Shown: piece after piece, positions 13,641 to 27,946 of the stretch | How positions within the stretch are numbered: position 1 is the first letter of the stretch | Layout: the number at the start of each line of letters is the position of its first letter | From: Eledone cirrhosa | Lineage: Eukaryota | Direction: 5' to 3' | DNA: 64,000 nt | NCBI GenBank assembly: GCA_964016885.1 | Contig: OZ024747.1 | Coordinates: 91,078,001 to 91,142,000 of the forward strand | Notes under the pieces: model-generated | The model's input: only the letters and a program-made list of their open reading frames with translations | What the model was told of the DNA's origin: nothing | Databases searched by the model: none | Translations under genes and position numbers: made by a program

Positions 13641-14695
13641 TTGTTACATAATAAGGTTGTTTCCGAGGCAATCCAAATTGAATCGACATGGGAACGGATG
13701 AAGTTCGTGCTTTTGGGTTTTTCATCCGTTCCCTTGTGAGTACCAATTCACCCCCACCGGTCTGCGCAAGCGCATGTCCGAAGGAAGTTGACCATTAGCA
13801 CCGCAGATTTCAACGAAATTCACTGTCAGTGGCCCACCTGTGCCTTGCCAAAGTTTACTGCTACCATCGCTACTGTGGCAGTCAGCCGAAAGCCAGAGGG
13901 GATGGGAGGGTGTTAGTTTTTATAGGTCATAATACTACCTTTCACTAAGCGTTGACAGTAAGACTGACCATCAACTCATAAGGTAAAATAAACTTAATTC
14001 TAGGTACTATGGTTTTACATAGTAAGTTAAGAGTGAGAGTTGGGAATAAAAATTAAAATTAAAGGTTAAAATCCTAAATCAAATATCAGAGATTATAAAT
14101 TAAACAATAAAGAATTCAAAAATGTTTCAAGTGATAATTCGGATTAAGTAAAGATATACATTGAAGTGAGTAAATAATATGGAGAGAGATGTTTAAGTAA
14201 TATGTTCTGGGAGGGATTCTAGTGTTACAGATATTGAACGGCAGTGCCGGACCTTATAACGGAGGGCAAACCACATGGTTCAAGGCATTAGTCAATCCGT
14301 TACACGGTCATACTTTCCATCCATATTATTTACTCAATTCAATGTATATCTTTGTTGGTCAGTTGATGGTCAGTCTTACTGTCAACGCTTAGTGAAAGGT
14401 AGTATTATGACCTATAAAAACTAACACCCTCTCATCCCCTCTGGCTTTCGGCTGACTGCCACAGTAGCGATGGTAGCAGTAAACTTTGGCAAGGCACAGG
14501 TGGGCCACTGACAGCGAATTTCGTTGAAATCTGCGGTGCTAATGGTCAACTTCCTTCGGACATGCGCTTGCGCAGACCGGTGGGGGTGAATTGGTACTCA
14601 CAAGGGAACGATGAAAAACCCAAAAGCACGAACTTCATCCGTTCCCATGTCGATTCAATTTGGATTGCCTCGGAAACAACCTTATTATGTAACAA

Positions 14696-14769
14696 GCTGC
14701 CTGATGATGTCACGACACTCGCACACAGAACAGTGTGGGCAGTGTCGTCATTGAAATATATATCACAGC
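14696..14769 (+). ncRNA. Hammerhead ribozyme (13-16 kb family; stem I closing mismatch)
   Basis: GCTGC-CTGATGA-..ACGACACT..AGTGTCGT..-GAAA-T-atat-A-TC-ACAGC. Confidence 0.65.
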
Positions 14770-15953
14770 ATTATTATTAAAGGACTTGAACATCTGAAAC
14801 TACTTCGCTTTTACTTATTCGATATTTACTCCGTCACTCCTATGTGGAAAAAGTACGTTGAGTGCTTGAATTGAATTGCATCAATGTTTACCCTTATAAT
14901 TAAGCTCCGATTAGTTGAGCGCTTTATGATATAACCGATATGGTGGAGAAGAGAGGAACCAACCAAGAGCTACCCCGGAAATCCCCTCTACCATGGGGAT
15001 GAAAAACCCCTGACACTGGACGGGCGTAATAGTATCTTTCGGCAGGATAAATACGCGGAAACAAAAAATAAGATAAACCCCTATTTTTCTGCACCAAATC
15101 GCTTCTGAACAGAGGCCACCTCAATTCAATCTATACATGGACAGATGGACAATCATATGGATCATTTTACATATATGTACTCTGTGTTTTTGCATTTATT
15201 CCCTATTGTCTCTGTTCTTTTCTTTTCCTTTTGTGTACTTTTTGTCTGCTTTTCTTTGACTCTGTTCCATGTGATGGAAAGTATGACCGTGTAACGGATT
15301 GACTAATGCCTTGAACCATGTGGTTTGCCCTCCGTTATAAGGTCCGGCACTGCCGTTCAATATCTGTAACACTAGAATCCCTCCCAGAACATATTACTTA
15401 AACATCTCTCTCCATATTATTTACTCACTTCAATGTATATCTTTACTTAATCCGAATTATCACTTGAACAATTTTTGAATTCTTTATTGTTTAATTTATA
15501 ATCTCTGATGTTTGATTTAGGATTTTAACCTTTAATTTTAATTTTTATTCCCAACTCTCACTCTTAACTTACTATGTAAAACCATAGTACCTAGAATTAA
15601 GTTTATTTTACCTTATGAGTTGATGGTCAGTCTTACTGTCAACGCTTAGTGAAAGGTAGTATTATGACCTATAAAAACTAACACCCTCCTATCCCCTCTG
15701 GCTTTCGGCTGACTGCCACAGTAGCGATGGTAGCAGTAAACTTTGGCAAGGCACGGGTGGGCCACTGACAGCGAATTTCGTTGAAATCTGCGGTGCTAAT
15801 GGTCAACTTCCTTCGGACATGCGCTTGCGCAGACCGGTGGGGGTGAATTGGTACTCACAAGGGAACGGATGAAAAACCCAAAAGCACGAACTTCATCCGT
15901 TCCCATGTCGATTTAATTTGGATTGCCTCGGAAACAACCTTATTATGTAACAA

Positions 15954-16027
15954 GCTGTCTGATGATGTCACGACACTCGCACACAGAACAGTGTGGGCAG
16001 TGTCGTCATTGAAATATATATCACAGC
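15954..16027 (+). ncRNA. Hammerhead ribozyme (13-16 kb family)
   Basis: Stem I GCTGT/ACAGC, core CTGATGA..GAAA, long stem II ACGACACT/AGTGTCGT plus CACAC/GTGTG, AUC triplet. The base of stem II is non-canonical. Confidence 0.7.
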
Positions 16028-16170
16028 ATTATTATTAAAGAACTTGAACATCTGAAACTACTTCGCTTTTACTTATTCGATATTTACTCCGTCACTCCTA
16101 TGTGGAAAAAGTACGTTGAGTGCTTGAATTGAATTGCATCAATGTTTACCCTTATATGTATATATATATG

Positions 16171-16219
<49 letters not shown>

Positions 16220-16222
<3 letters not shown>

Positions 16223-16881
16223 AGGTCACCAGTTGGTGCTACTGGTAACATGTATCCCAGTACAATCTGTCCCATGGTCGGGTCGTCGGCGACTAAACTG
16301 GCAACCCCACCAAGGTTTCTTGGTGAGGAGAGTGACTTTGGACATCCTGCAGGACTAAAAACAAAACCTGTCAAAGGGCAAAGGAGCTCTTAAGAGCTGT
16401 ATATATATGTGTATGTGTGTATATGTATATGTATGTGTATATGTATATGTGTGTATGTGTATGTATATGTATGTGTATATGTGTGTATGTATATATATAT
16501 ATGTATGTGTATATATATATGTATGTGTGTATGTATGTACATGTATGTGTATGTATATATATGTATATATATGTGTATGTATGTATGTATGTATATGTAT
16601 GTGTATATATGTGTATATGTATATATATATGTATGTATGTATGTATGTATATGTATGTGTATATGTGTGTGTATGTATGTATGTATGTATATATATATGT
16701 GTCAGGTCACCAGTTGGTGCTACTGGTAACATGTATCCCAGTACAACCTGTCCCATATCATCTTGGTTAAGAGAGTGGGACTGGCTTTGTGCAGTGCCTT
16801 TGCTCACTATAAGCATCGGTCGGGGTTCTCCTACATGGATATAAGGTAGTGGCCGTACTCGAAAACGAGTTGGCAGCCACC
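16220..16881 (+). mobile_element. Two partial copies (16220-16395 and 16701-16881) of an RTE-derived non-autonomous element, separated by TA/TG tracts
   Basis: They share GTCAGGTCACCAGTTGGTGCTACTGG with the full copies at 17164 and 34000. Confidence 0.75.
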
Positions 16882-17163
16882 ATATATATGCATATATATG
16901 TGTATATATGTATATATGTATGTATATGTATGTGTATGTATATGTATGTGTATATGTATGTGTATATATATGTATGTGTGTATGTATATGTATGTGTATG
17001 TATGTGTATATGTATGTATATGTGTGCATGCATGTATATATGTATATGTGTATGTGTATGTATGTATATGTGTATATGTATGTATGTATATATATATGTA
17101 TGTGTGTATATGTGTATATATATGTATATGTGTATGTATGTATGTATGTATATATGTATATGT

Positions 17164-17771
17164 GTCAGGTCATCAGTTGGTGCTACTGGTAACATGTATC
17201 CCAGTACAACCCGTCCCATGGTCGTGTCGTTGGCGACTAAACTGGCAACCCCACCAAGGTTTCTTGATGAGGAGGGTGACTTTGGACATCCTGCAGGACT
17301 AAAAACAAAACCTATCAAAGGGCAAAGGAGCTCTTAAGAGTCAATGGCCATCTAAAATCACTGGGAGAGATGACCCCTTAGCCTTTGTCAAGGCAGAATT
17401 CTAGGAGAAGGAAAACTCTGATATAACACATGCAACCCTGATGGTATCCAATGATGTTGACTTGTTCTTCTTTTTGGTAAATATCATCTTGGTTAAGAGA
17501 GTGGGACTGGCTTTGTGCAGTGCCTTTGCTCACTATAAAAGCTTCACGGCACAGGCATTGCTTTATATCTGGAGATCTCTCTGCACTTGTCATCACATGG
17601 TACCATGGGCCCAGCACTATGTGTCAATAATTGTCACAAGTGTAGTGTTTGTACCAGAGTTTTCAAGTCGCTGGCTGGACTAAAATGTCACACTCGTTCA
17701 GCGCATCGGTAGGGGTTCTCCTACATGGATATAAAGTAGTGGCCGTACTCGAAAACGAGTTGGCAGCCACC
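17164..17771 (+). mobile_element. RTE-derived non-autonomous retroelement of about 610 bp, full copy
   Basis: Nearly identical to 34000-34628. It has the internal motif CTAGGAGAAGGAAAACTCTGA, a 3' remnant C2H2 frame and a terminal hairpin GGCCGTACTCGAAAACGAGTTGGCAGCC. Confidence 0.7.
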
Positions 17772-17985
17772 ATATATATATATATATATATATGTAGAGA
17801 AATCTACCAAAATATACGGTAGTGTCCAATCCGTATGAAGAACTCAATGTAATCCAAATATCATGAAAAGAGAAGTTGTATTCAAATTTTCTTTCGATGA
17901 ATAACACAGGAAAACAGAGTCAAGATAAATTAATAAAAATAATGAATAAAAACAAAGAAACAGATCCTTATATTAAAAAATTCAT

Positions 17986-18091
17986 CATTTTACGATCGTT
18001 TCTAGGATATATATGTGTGTGTTGTAAAATTTTTACAAACTATCAGAGGGAATATACATGCCTACACATATATATGCTGTCTTCAGAAACA
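17986..18091 (-). ncRNA. Hammerhead motif (18/21 kb family)
   Basis: TGTTT-CTGAAGA-..ATATATATGTGT..ACACATATATAT..-GAAA-C-gatc-G-TA-AAATG. The base of stem II is imperfect. Confidence 0.6.
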
Positions 18092-18696
18092 TATATGTAT
18101 GTATGTATATATATATATTTGTGTGTGTGTATGTATATATATATGTGTGTGTATGCATATATATATATATATGTGTGTGTATGTGTGTATATGTGTGTGT
18201 ATATATATATATATATATATGTATGTATATATATATATATGTTTATAACTATAAAAACTATCAGCGTTCAACCTATTTCGTTTAGCTAACAAAGGACTAA
18301 ACCTATCTGATGCCGGTTAAAATGCCAGAACGGTACCGTTAGGGTGCTCTCTAGTTGCTGCAAAGAATAGCAATGACACGATCACAGCTTTTTAAATTCA
18401 TATCGAGACTATATGTAAATATATACGATATATACATTACACATATACATATGTGTGTGTGTATATATGTAGAGAGAGAGGGTGAGAGATGGTGGGAGTG
18501 AGAGAGAAATAGGTTAATATTAGAAATAAAGGAAACAGATTAGCAATAATATGATAAATGGGCAAGAATCTCGCACACAAGGCCATGTCAGGGCGTCGTT
18601 ACTCCGTCCAATAATTTCTACAACACTTCCACTCTACAATATCGTTGCCTAACTATGCCCATTACATGCCAGCATCATTTCATTACTAGTCATGTT

Positions 18697-19192
18697 AGTT
18701 CAAATCCCGCCGAGGTTAACTTTACCTTTCATCCTTGCGGGGTCGATAAAATAAAGTACCATTCATGCACTGGGTCGATTTAATCTACATTACCCTCCCC
18801 CCCAAAAAAATTGCTGGCCTTATTTCTATATAAGAAACCATTATTACTCATGTTATTCAAATCCCGCCGAGGTTAACTTTACCTTTCATCCTTGCGGGGT
18901 CGATAAAATAAAGTACCATTCATGCACTAGGGTCGATTTAATCGATATTCCCCTCCCCAAAATTGCTGGCCTTGTGCCTATATAAGAAACCAATTTTTAA
19001 GGGCGGTGGATTGGCAGTATCAGTGGAGAGTCGGACGCCATGCTTTGCAGCATAGAGTTAAGGTCCTTTATGATCTGAGTTCAAATCCCGCCGAGGTTAA
19101 CTTGACCTTTCATCTTTAAGGGGCCGATAAAATAAAGTACCGGTCACACATTGGTATAATTGCTGGCCTTGTGCCAAAAGTAGAAACAATTA
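18697..19192 (+). mobile_element. Three tandem SINE copies (two truncated, one full)
   Basis: Repeated TTCAAATCCCGCCGAGGTTAAC. The third copy has the full GGGCGGTGGATTGGCAGTAT head. Confidence 0.9.
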
Positions 19193-19636
19193 TTAGTCAT
19201 GCTGAAACAGACTAAATATTTAATTCATGATATTTCTTCTTTCACTCTTGCTGTGGAAATGACGTAAAAAGAAAAATGAGCATTTCGTTGGTTTTTAACA
19301 AATAAATTATATAAAAAAATAATGTTGTTGTCATGATTTAATCAATATATAACCAGATCGGGTATTTCTGAAATAATTAATGTGTAGTGGAGGAGATAGG
19401 GAATTGGTTGAATACCTTGTGTCCATTATCTAATAATAGGAATCACACTGTAATGTGGTATAATGTGTATTGGAGTTAATCCCAGCTTTTAAGGTGTTAT
19501 GTAGCTGAGACAGATTTTGTTCTCAAGATATAAATGTCAATTTTTCGCTCGTTTTACTATAGGATTGGAAGTTTTACTACAGTTACGTAAAGAAAGAAAA
19601 CATGTGCAACAACCTGATTCCAATGCCTCTAATATC

Positions 19637-19856
19637 GGTTTCAGATTTAGACACAAGGCCAACAATTTTGGGGAGAGGGGAAGGTAAGTCGATTAAATCG
19701 ACCCAGTGCATTACTGGTACTTTATTTTATCGACGCTGTAAGGATGAAAGGCAAAGCTAACCTCGGCGGGATTTGAACTCAGAACGTAAAGGGTAGTAAC
19801 TATATGCTGTGAAGCAGGTTGTCCGACGCTCTACCGATATTGCCAATCTACCATCC
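19637..19856 (-). mobile_element. SINE, full length, long form
   Basis: Family consensus on the minus strand. Confidence 0.85.
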
Positions 19857-21368
19857 TCTCCCCAATGCCTCTAATATCAACAAGTTGTATCTATTTATAT
19901 CTTGGTTATCTAGTTGTTGTTTTAGCCCCAGGTGAGATTTGATCAAAGAGAAAGATCTATAATCGAAGCTATACCAGCTATGATTATCCCATCTTTCTTT
20001 ATTATAATAATGTTTCACCTAGAATTATAGTGACCAATGTATCCTTCCTTTTTTAAGTTGATAGTGTATTATGTGAGGGTCATTTTGTACTTATCTCTAG
20101 CAAGAAGAACGATCGCGTAGCTGATACCCTTTTAATTCACGGTCGATGACTAAGTGATGGCCATCTTTTTCAGCGAGGTCAGTATTTGAAAGTTCAACCA
20201 TCCAACTTGTTGATGGACACCATAATGTGTATGTCGTGGATCGTGAATGTATCATGTCCAAATGGTTAAGTAGTACGTTTCGCAATCATTAGGTTCTGGG
20301 TTTGATCCCATTGTACGGTACCTTGGACCAATTTCATTTACAATAGCTACAGGTAGACCCAAGCTTTGTGAGTGAAATCATATAGAGAGAACCTCTTCGG
20401 AAGCCCATCGGATGGGCCGTACTTGTTATGCAAAAGACCAACCGTGTCATAAAATTGTCACACTGAATCTTCCTGAGAATTATGTTATACGCGTCTGTGG
20501 AAGGTTCAGCCAATTGCACGTTATTTCACGAGCAGGCTGTTTTGTTGATCTTACAACTAGAACACTGCTCGTCGAAACTGATGGAGGTCCATTCCATACA
20601 GTCTAGGATCATATTGAAATTTCCAACACTGGTTCATTATCTTTGGAAAATCAAGTTTCATAAAAATGTCTGGGTGTCTGACAATGGAGTACAAGAAAAT
20701 GAGTAGTTAGGTAGCAGAAAATGAATTCTTCTTCTACTTCATTGTGGGTAAGTGTGATGCATGAGTGATAGTGTGAAAAGGAAACTAATAAGTGTAAAGT
20801 CACGTATCTACGTGAAGGTGGTTGTATTTGATGACTTACTCGTAAATTCTTCTATCTAAAAGGTGTTATCAATAAACCGTCAGATGCTGAGAAATTGTTC
20901 AATCAAATTAATTTTGTTAATTTCTGGACTAACTGAAGTGTGAGAAACAGAAACAATTTTAAGCCTAATTCCTAAATGAAACTGCTGTATCTTCAGACAA
21001 CAGATAATGTCAATTCTTCATTTGACCTAATTGATTTATTATAATTATAACAAGGAACATACAAAGCAAGGAACAAATAGCTTTATCGAAATGTTCTTGT
21101 CTTGAAGCAACAAGATAAAGGACTATTGCTACCAGAGCTCTGTTACTGGTACCCACTTCCATATGTAAACACCTACATGCAGACGACATACTTATCTCTC
21201 GCCCCTCTCTCTTACTATACTAGCTCTCTCACCACTCTCTCACCACTCTCTCACTATATATATATATATATTGGGTGTCTTTAAAACATGTATATACAAC
21301 AAAATCTTTAAAAAAGGCATTACAATAAATTGTTGTTGTGAATACATTTTCTGGGGACACCCAATATA

Positions 21369-21466
<98 letters not shown>

Positions 21467-21713
21467 AAGGGTGTCCCAAAAATACAACAAAATCTTTAAA
21501 AAATGCATTAAAATAAATTCTGTTTCTATGCAGTATTTAAATTACGTAAACATTTTTGGGCGTTGACATACAATTGAATTATGTCTGTGGATCATTTTAT
21601 TTTGGGGAAAGGTTGTGCATTATAATAAATATTGCATGTACAATTAATAAAAGTATGTATATAGTTTTGGGGGATACCAAGTCTATGTGTGTGTATATAT
21701 ACATATATATACA

Positions 21714-21767
<54 letters not shown>

Positions 21768-21816
21768 TAAACAAATAATGAATAAACAATTCCTTATATT
21801 AAACAAAAAAAGTTCA

Positions 21817-21961
21817 TTATTTAACGATCGTTTCTAGGATATATATGTGTTAGAGTTGGCATGCATATTCAACAGATCTATGTACAAAATTATACAAAAT
21901 TATACAAACTATCAAGATTAAATATACATACCAACACATATATACGCCGTCTTCAGAAATA

Positions 21962-21962
<1 letters not shown>
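21817..21962 (-). ncRNA. Hammerhead motif (18/21 kb family)
   Basis: TTATTT-CTGAAGA-..TATATATGTGTTGG..CTAACACATATATA..-GAAA-C-gatc-G-TT-AAATAA. Confidence 0.62.
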
Positions 21963-22000
<38 letters not shown>

Positions 22001-22002
<2 letters not shown>

Positions 22003-22128
22003 AGCCGTCGAAACGGCTTGAGCTCAGCTGTCGGGGTCTTACTGGTTCCTATTACCCACTCTACTACCTCAAGTATTGAGTACTTTGGTGCGTTATGGTC
22101 CACCTGGTTCCTTATCACATTTCCTTCG

Positions 22129-22131
<3 letters not shown>
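22001..22131 (+). mobile_element. Short PLE-type 3' fragment (family X) with half hammerhead, inside (TA)n
   Basis: CGAAAC-GGCT..AGCT-GTC-GGGGTC followed by CCTATTACCCACTCTACTACC. Relatives lie at 22744-22910, 23898-23955, 24042-24265, 38058-38228 and 57428-57515. Confidence 0.7.
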
Positions 22132-22165
<34 letters not shown>

Positions 22166-22190
22166 CATATATATATATATACATATATAT

Positions 22191-22263
<73 letters not shown>

Positions 22264-22397
22264 TCAGTGTGTGTACCGGGTTTTCGTGGTTAATATTTAA
22301 GATAAAGGTCTCCATTTTAGCATCACACGTTAAAAAAAAACAAAAAACCTTAAAGCCTTTTAATATATTTAAAGTAGTTCGTACTTTTACTTCTCAC

Positions 22398-22572
22398 CAG
22401 TATCGGTAGAGGGTCGGACACTATGCTTTCCAGCATAGGTACGTCCCTTTACGTTATGAGTTCAAATCCCGCCGAGGTTGACTTTGCCTTTTATCCTTAC
22501 GAGGTCGATAAAATAAAGTAGCAGTAATGCACTGGGTAATTGCTGGCCTTGTGCCTAAAGTAGAAACAATTA
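22398..22572 (+). mobile_element. SINE, short form
   Basis: Family consensus. Confidence 0.85.
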
Positions 22573-22706
22573 TGTTTGCTAAGTCATAAGTCATGTATCT
22601 ATAATAAATGCACCAAGGGCGAACGGTTATGAGCCTAATAAATGGAATGATAAAAACCCACAGAATGGGCTCTTATAACTCCAATTAGGCTAATTTACTT
22701 ATTTAA

Positions 22707-22740
<34 letters not shown>

Positions 22741-22938
22741 TAAAATTCGGGACGCTGCCGGCTGAGCTCCGGCCGTTTAAACAGCAAGATCCGAATTGTT
22801 GAAACGGCCGGATCTCAGCCGCCGGGCTCCCGAAGTTTTCATATTACCCACTCTACTATTCCAAGTATCGAGTACTCTGGTCTAACTGGTTTTTACCGCC
22901 TGCATTCTGATATATATATATATATATGTTTATATATA

Positions 22939-23025
<87 letters not shown>

Positions 23026-23028
23026 GTT

Positions 23029-23070
<42 letters not shown>

Positions 23071-23129
23071 TATATATAATCATATATATGTATATATATA
23101 TATATATATATATACATATGTTTATATAT

Positions 23130-23161
<32 letters not shown>

Positions 23162-24002
23162 GGGGGAGATTACTCTATGATTACACAAGCAAAACTCATG
23201 TATAACGTAGCGAGTATATATATATATATATATATATATACATACGCACACATGGTCGCCTATTTTTTATATACTGTATATATATAATCCCATAAATATA
23301 TAAACATATTTCTACAGGTTTATGAAATCTCCGTAAAATAAAGTTATGACAAGATTGTTCCTTCACCGGTCACTTAACAAGAAACCACATTGAAAAATAC
23401 CATTGATTTGGAAATGTAACGAAAATACTAAGTCGAATGTTAAATGCATAAATAGCGCAGTTAATGTATCTTTAATTAGATTCGCTGGTGTCAGCACAAG
23501 TGTAATTTTGAAGATAACGTCAGGGTGTAGCTAATTGAAGATATTCTATTACTATATTCATAAGTAATGTGTTTTACACATGTTATTCCATGGAATACTT
23601 TCTCGTAGTTGCACTGTTTACTATTACATAATTAATTTCAGTCCTATGTCGGTGTTGTTGCCGTAGATAATACCAAGTTGTGCTAAATCTCATGCATTTA
23701 CGTTTGTATGTATGGTATGGTATGTATGATATGTATGTATGATATGTATGTATGATATGTATGTGTACATATATGTGTGTATGTTTGTTTGCATGTATGT
23801 ATGTATATGTATGTATGCATGTATCTATTTACTTATGTATTATATACACACACACACACACACACACAAACATATATATATATATATATATATATATAGG
23901 AAAATAGTCAGGACCCCGACGGCAGAGCTCAAGCTGTTTCGACGGCTATGTCTAGAAATATCTATCTCTCTATCTATCTATCTATCTATCTATCTCTCTC
24001 TC

Positions 24003-24441
<439 letters not shown>

Positions 24442-24660
24442 AGTGTATTGAAGTTTGCTTGAAGCATTGTGGAATAATAAGACATATTTTCTTTAAGTCG
24501 TTTTGGAAGCCTCGACAATGCAGATGGGTAAATCTCCGAGTAACAAGATCCGGTGGTGAAGAGAGAGATGTAGGTGAATGTAGAATGAGATGTATAGTGT
24601 GTAGAAGAACGTAAGAAAGAGCGTAAAAAATAAAAAATAATAACACGAGATAAAGTTACC

Positions 24661-26200
24661 TTGGGAGAGATTTGGCAGTGTTGTTAGAACGTGGGATAGA
24701 ATAGGCAGTGTCGTTAGAACGTGGGATAGAATTGGCAGTGTCGTTAGAACGTGGGATAGAATTAGCAGTGTTGTTAGAACGTGGGATAGAATTGGCAGTG
24801 TCGTTAGAACGTGGGAGAGATTTGGCAGTGTTGTTAGAACGTGGGATAGAATAGGCAGTGTTGTTAGAACGTGGGATAGAATAGGCAGTGTTGTTAGAAC
24901 GTGGGATAGAATTGTCAGTGTCGTTAGAACGTGGGATAGAATTGGCAGTGTTGTTAGAACGTGGGATAGAATTGTCAGTGTCGTTAGAACGTGGGATAGA
25001 ATTAGCAGTGTTGTTAGAACGTGGGATAGAATTGGAAGTGTCGTTAGAACGTGGGATAGAATTGGAAGTGTCGTTAGAACGTGGGATAGAATTGGCAGTG
25101 TCGTTAGAACGTGGGATAGAATTGGCAGTGTTGTTAGAACGTGGGATAGAATTGGCAGTGTTGTTAGAACGTGGGATAGAATTGTCAGTGTCGTTAGAAC
25201 GTGGGATAGAATTAGCAGTGTTGTTAGAACGTGGGATAGAATTGGCAGTGTCGTTAGAACGTGGGATAGAATTGGCAGTGTCGTTAGAACGTGGGATAGA
25301 ATTGGCAGTGTCGTTAGAACGTGGGATAGAATTGGCAGTGTCGTTAGAACGTGGGATAGAATTGTCAGTGTCGTTAGAACGTGGGATAGAATTAGCAGTG
25401 TTGTTAGAACGTGGGATAGAATTGGAAGTGTCGTTAGAACGTGGGATAGAATTGGAAGTGTCGTTAGAACGTGGGATAGAATTGGCAGTGTCGTTAGAAC
25501 GTGGGATAGAATTGTCAGTGTCGTTAGAACGTGGGATAGAATTGGCAGTGTTGTTAGAACGTGGGATAGAATTAGCAGTGTTGTTAGAACGTGGGATAGA
25601 ATTGTCAGTGTCGTTAGAACGTGGGATAGAATTGGCAGTGTTGTTAGAACGTGGGATAGAATTAGCAGTGTTGTTAGAACGTGGGATAGAATTGTCAGTG
25701 TCGTTAGAACGTGGGATAGAATTGTCAGTGTCGTTAGAACGTGGGATAGAATTGGAAGTGTCGTTAGAACGTGGGATAGAATTGGAAGTGTCGTTAGAAC
25801 GTGGGATAGAATTGGCAGTGTTGTTAGAACGTGGGATAGAATTGGCAGTGTTGTTAGAACGTGGGATAGAATTGGCAGTGTTGTTAGAACGTGGGATAGA
25901 ATAGGCAGTGTCGTTAGAATGTAGGATAGAATTAGCAGTGTTGTTAGAACGTGGGATAGAATTGGCAGAGTTGTTAGAACGTGGGATAGAATAGGCAGTG
26001 TTGTTAGAACGTGGGATAGAATAGGCAGTGTTGTTAGAACGTTGGATAGAATTGTCAGTGTCGTTAGAACGTGGGATAGAATTGGCAGAGTCGTTAGAAC
26101 GTGGGATAGAATAGGCAGTGTTGTTAGAACGTGGGATAGAATTGGCAGAGTCGTTAGAATGTCGGATAGAATTGGCAGAGTCGTTAGAATGTCGGATAGA
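24661..26200 (+). repeat. 30-bp minisatellite of about 51 units, derived from a SINE head
   Basis: Unit GTGGGATAGAATTGGCAGTGTCGTTAGAAC, running directly into a SINE B box and body at 26217-26297. Confidence 0.95.
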
Positions 26201-26746
26201 ACGCTTGATGGTATTCGTTCAAATCCCGCCGAGGCCAACTTTGCGTTTCATCCTTTCGAGGTCGATAAAAAAAGTACCAGTCTTGTCCTGGGTCGATCCT
26301 TTCTCTATATCTCTTTCTCATTTTCTTTCTCTCACTTTCTATCTCTCTTTCTCTGGAAGAAATCTGCTGTACCCAGTCCTGGAGAGGAATCGTCTCCGCT
26401 AGGCTTAAAATGCCCAACAAACACCGTATATCAATACGGTGCCCCTACGACTCTATCAGGAGTTATGGGACCATACTATATAAAGATAAATGATAACACA
26501 ATTCTAAAGAAATAAACTGTACATAAACCCATTCATTGCAATATAATGACATAGAAATCACAAGTAAACATATAGTCTTTCATGCACTTCATTTATATAA
26601 TATGCCTTTAAATCTAACTGCTTGCTTTACCCTAAATGATTTTGATATTATTTGTTTTTGTGTTTTAAACCACGCGAGGTTGTTAAACCTCATTTATAGC
26701 TTATTTATTGTCAAGGGAATTGTGGTGTTTGTTAGTGTAAATAGAC

Positions 26747-26823
26747 AAGGTGTCCCCCAAAAGTGTATACACACTTCAACAACATTATAAGCAAAGCTTG
26801 TATACATTTTTGGGGGACATCCT
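26747..26823. mobile_element. Tiny palindromic MITE with Tc1/mariner-like ends (related ends near 21270-21365 and 21465-21680)
   Basis: GGTGTCCCCCAAAAGTGTATACA ... TGTATACATTTTTGGGGGACATCC. Confidence 0.5.
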
Positions 26824-27189
26824 ATATGTGTATTGTGGAGATTTGGTGATTATGATGGTTATTAGGGTGTATAATGACGTGCTATCGCACTGTTCTTTAT
26901 ATAGAGTCAGGCTAGTTGTTATAGAACTGTTGTGACTGTAGTAGGGGCTGGTGTTAAATTAGGGGAACCAACGGCCTCCGTAAGCTATGAAGTTTGAGTT
27001 GGTATATATCCACTCAAAATTCATAGCCTAGGGATACCGTAGGTATAAAACAATAGACACAATCTTCCAATTTTTCCGAGCATCAGCCAAACCAAAGCTC
27101 TGAGAAACTTTATAGTGTCATTTTATGGTGTTTTATATAAGCAGCATTGGTTGGTGGTTGATTTGTCTGTTTGAGGGTTGGTTTTTGAT

Positions 27190-27718
27190 AGTGGTTTCTA
27201 ATTTAAGCACAAGTCCAACACATTTGTTTAGGGAGGGGTGGGGTACTTTATTTTATCTATCCAGTTGGGTAAGGGGAAGTTGACAATATTGACCCTAGTA
27301 CTTGATTGGTAGCAAGAAAAGCATATTTGACCTTGGTGGGATTTGAAGCACAAGGCCAACAATTTGAGGAAAGAGGTAAGTCGATAAAATCTATCTCAGT
27401 GTGTTACTGGTACTTTATTTTATCGACCCCATGAGGATGAAAGGCAAAGTTAACCTCGGTGGGATTTGAACTCAGAACATAAAGAGCCGAAAAAAATAAT
27501 TGTTTCTACATTAGACACAATGCCTGCAATTTGAAGGAAAGAGGAAAGTCAAAGAAATCGACTCCAATCATTACTGGTACTTTATTTTATCGACCCCGTA
27601 AGGATGAAAGGCAAAGCTAACCTCGGCGGGATTTGAACTTAAAACATAAAGGGCCATAACACTATGCCATAAAGCTTACTGTCTGACGCTGTACCGATAC
27701 TGCTAATCTACCACCCTC
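27190..27718 (-). mobile_element. Three SINE copies (the first degraded)
   Basis: Family consensus on the minus strand. Confidence 0.8.
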
Positions 27719-27834
27719 AGAGACCAAACAAATAATGCTAAGTATTTATCTGACGCACTAACCACAAAAGTCACAGTTTAATTACAATAGTTCAATTATT
27801 GATGGTTGAATCTTCAAAATTCATAAATATCCAG

Positions 27835-27844
27835 ACGCTGCCGT

Positions 27845-27875
<31 letters not shown>

Positions 27876-27881
27876 CTGTTG

Positions 27882-27946
<65 letters not shown>

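Larger units (their letters stand above)
13337..16155. mobile_element. Non-coding HHR-bearing PLE-type element: an inverted copy plus a partial tandem with a 1258-bp unit
   Basis: 14361-14897 repeats at 15618-16155. The segment 13337-14321, minus the nested SINE, is the reverse complement of about 15272-16078. It carries three HHRs and has TA-rich tracts at both ends. Confidence 0.85.

Noticed and set aside
18302-18345. Hammerhead-like CTGATGC..GAACGGTACCGTT
   Set aside because: Both core segments are mutated, so it is at most a decayed relic.
24661-26200. CRISPR-like appearance of the 30-bp array
   Set aside because: There are no unique spacers or cas genes, and the context is eukaryotic.
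24493-26238. 581-aa and 338-aa repeat ORFs
   Set aside because: They arise from the 30-bp SINE-derived minisatellite being stop-free in some frames on both strands.
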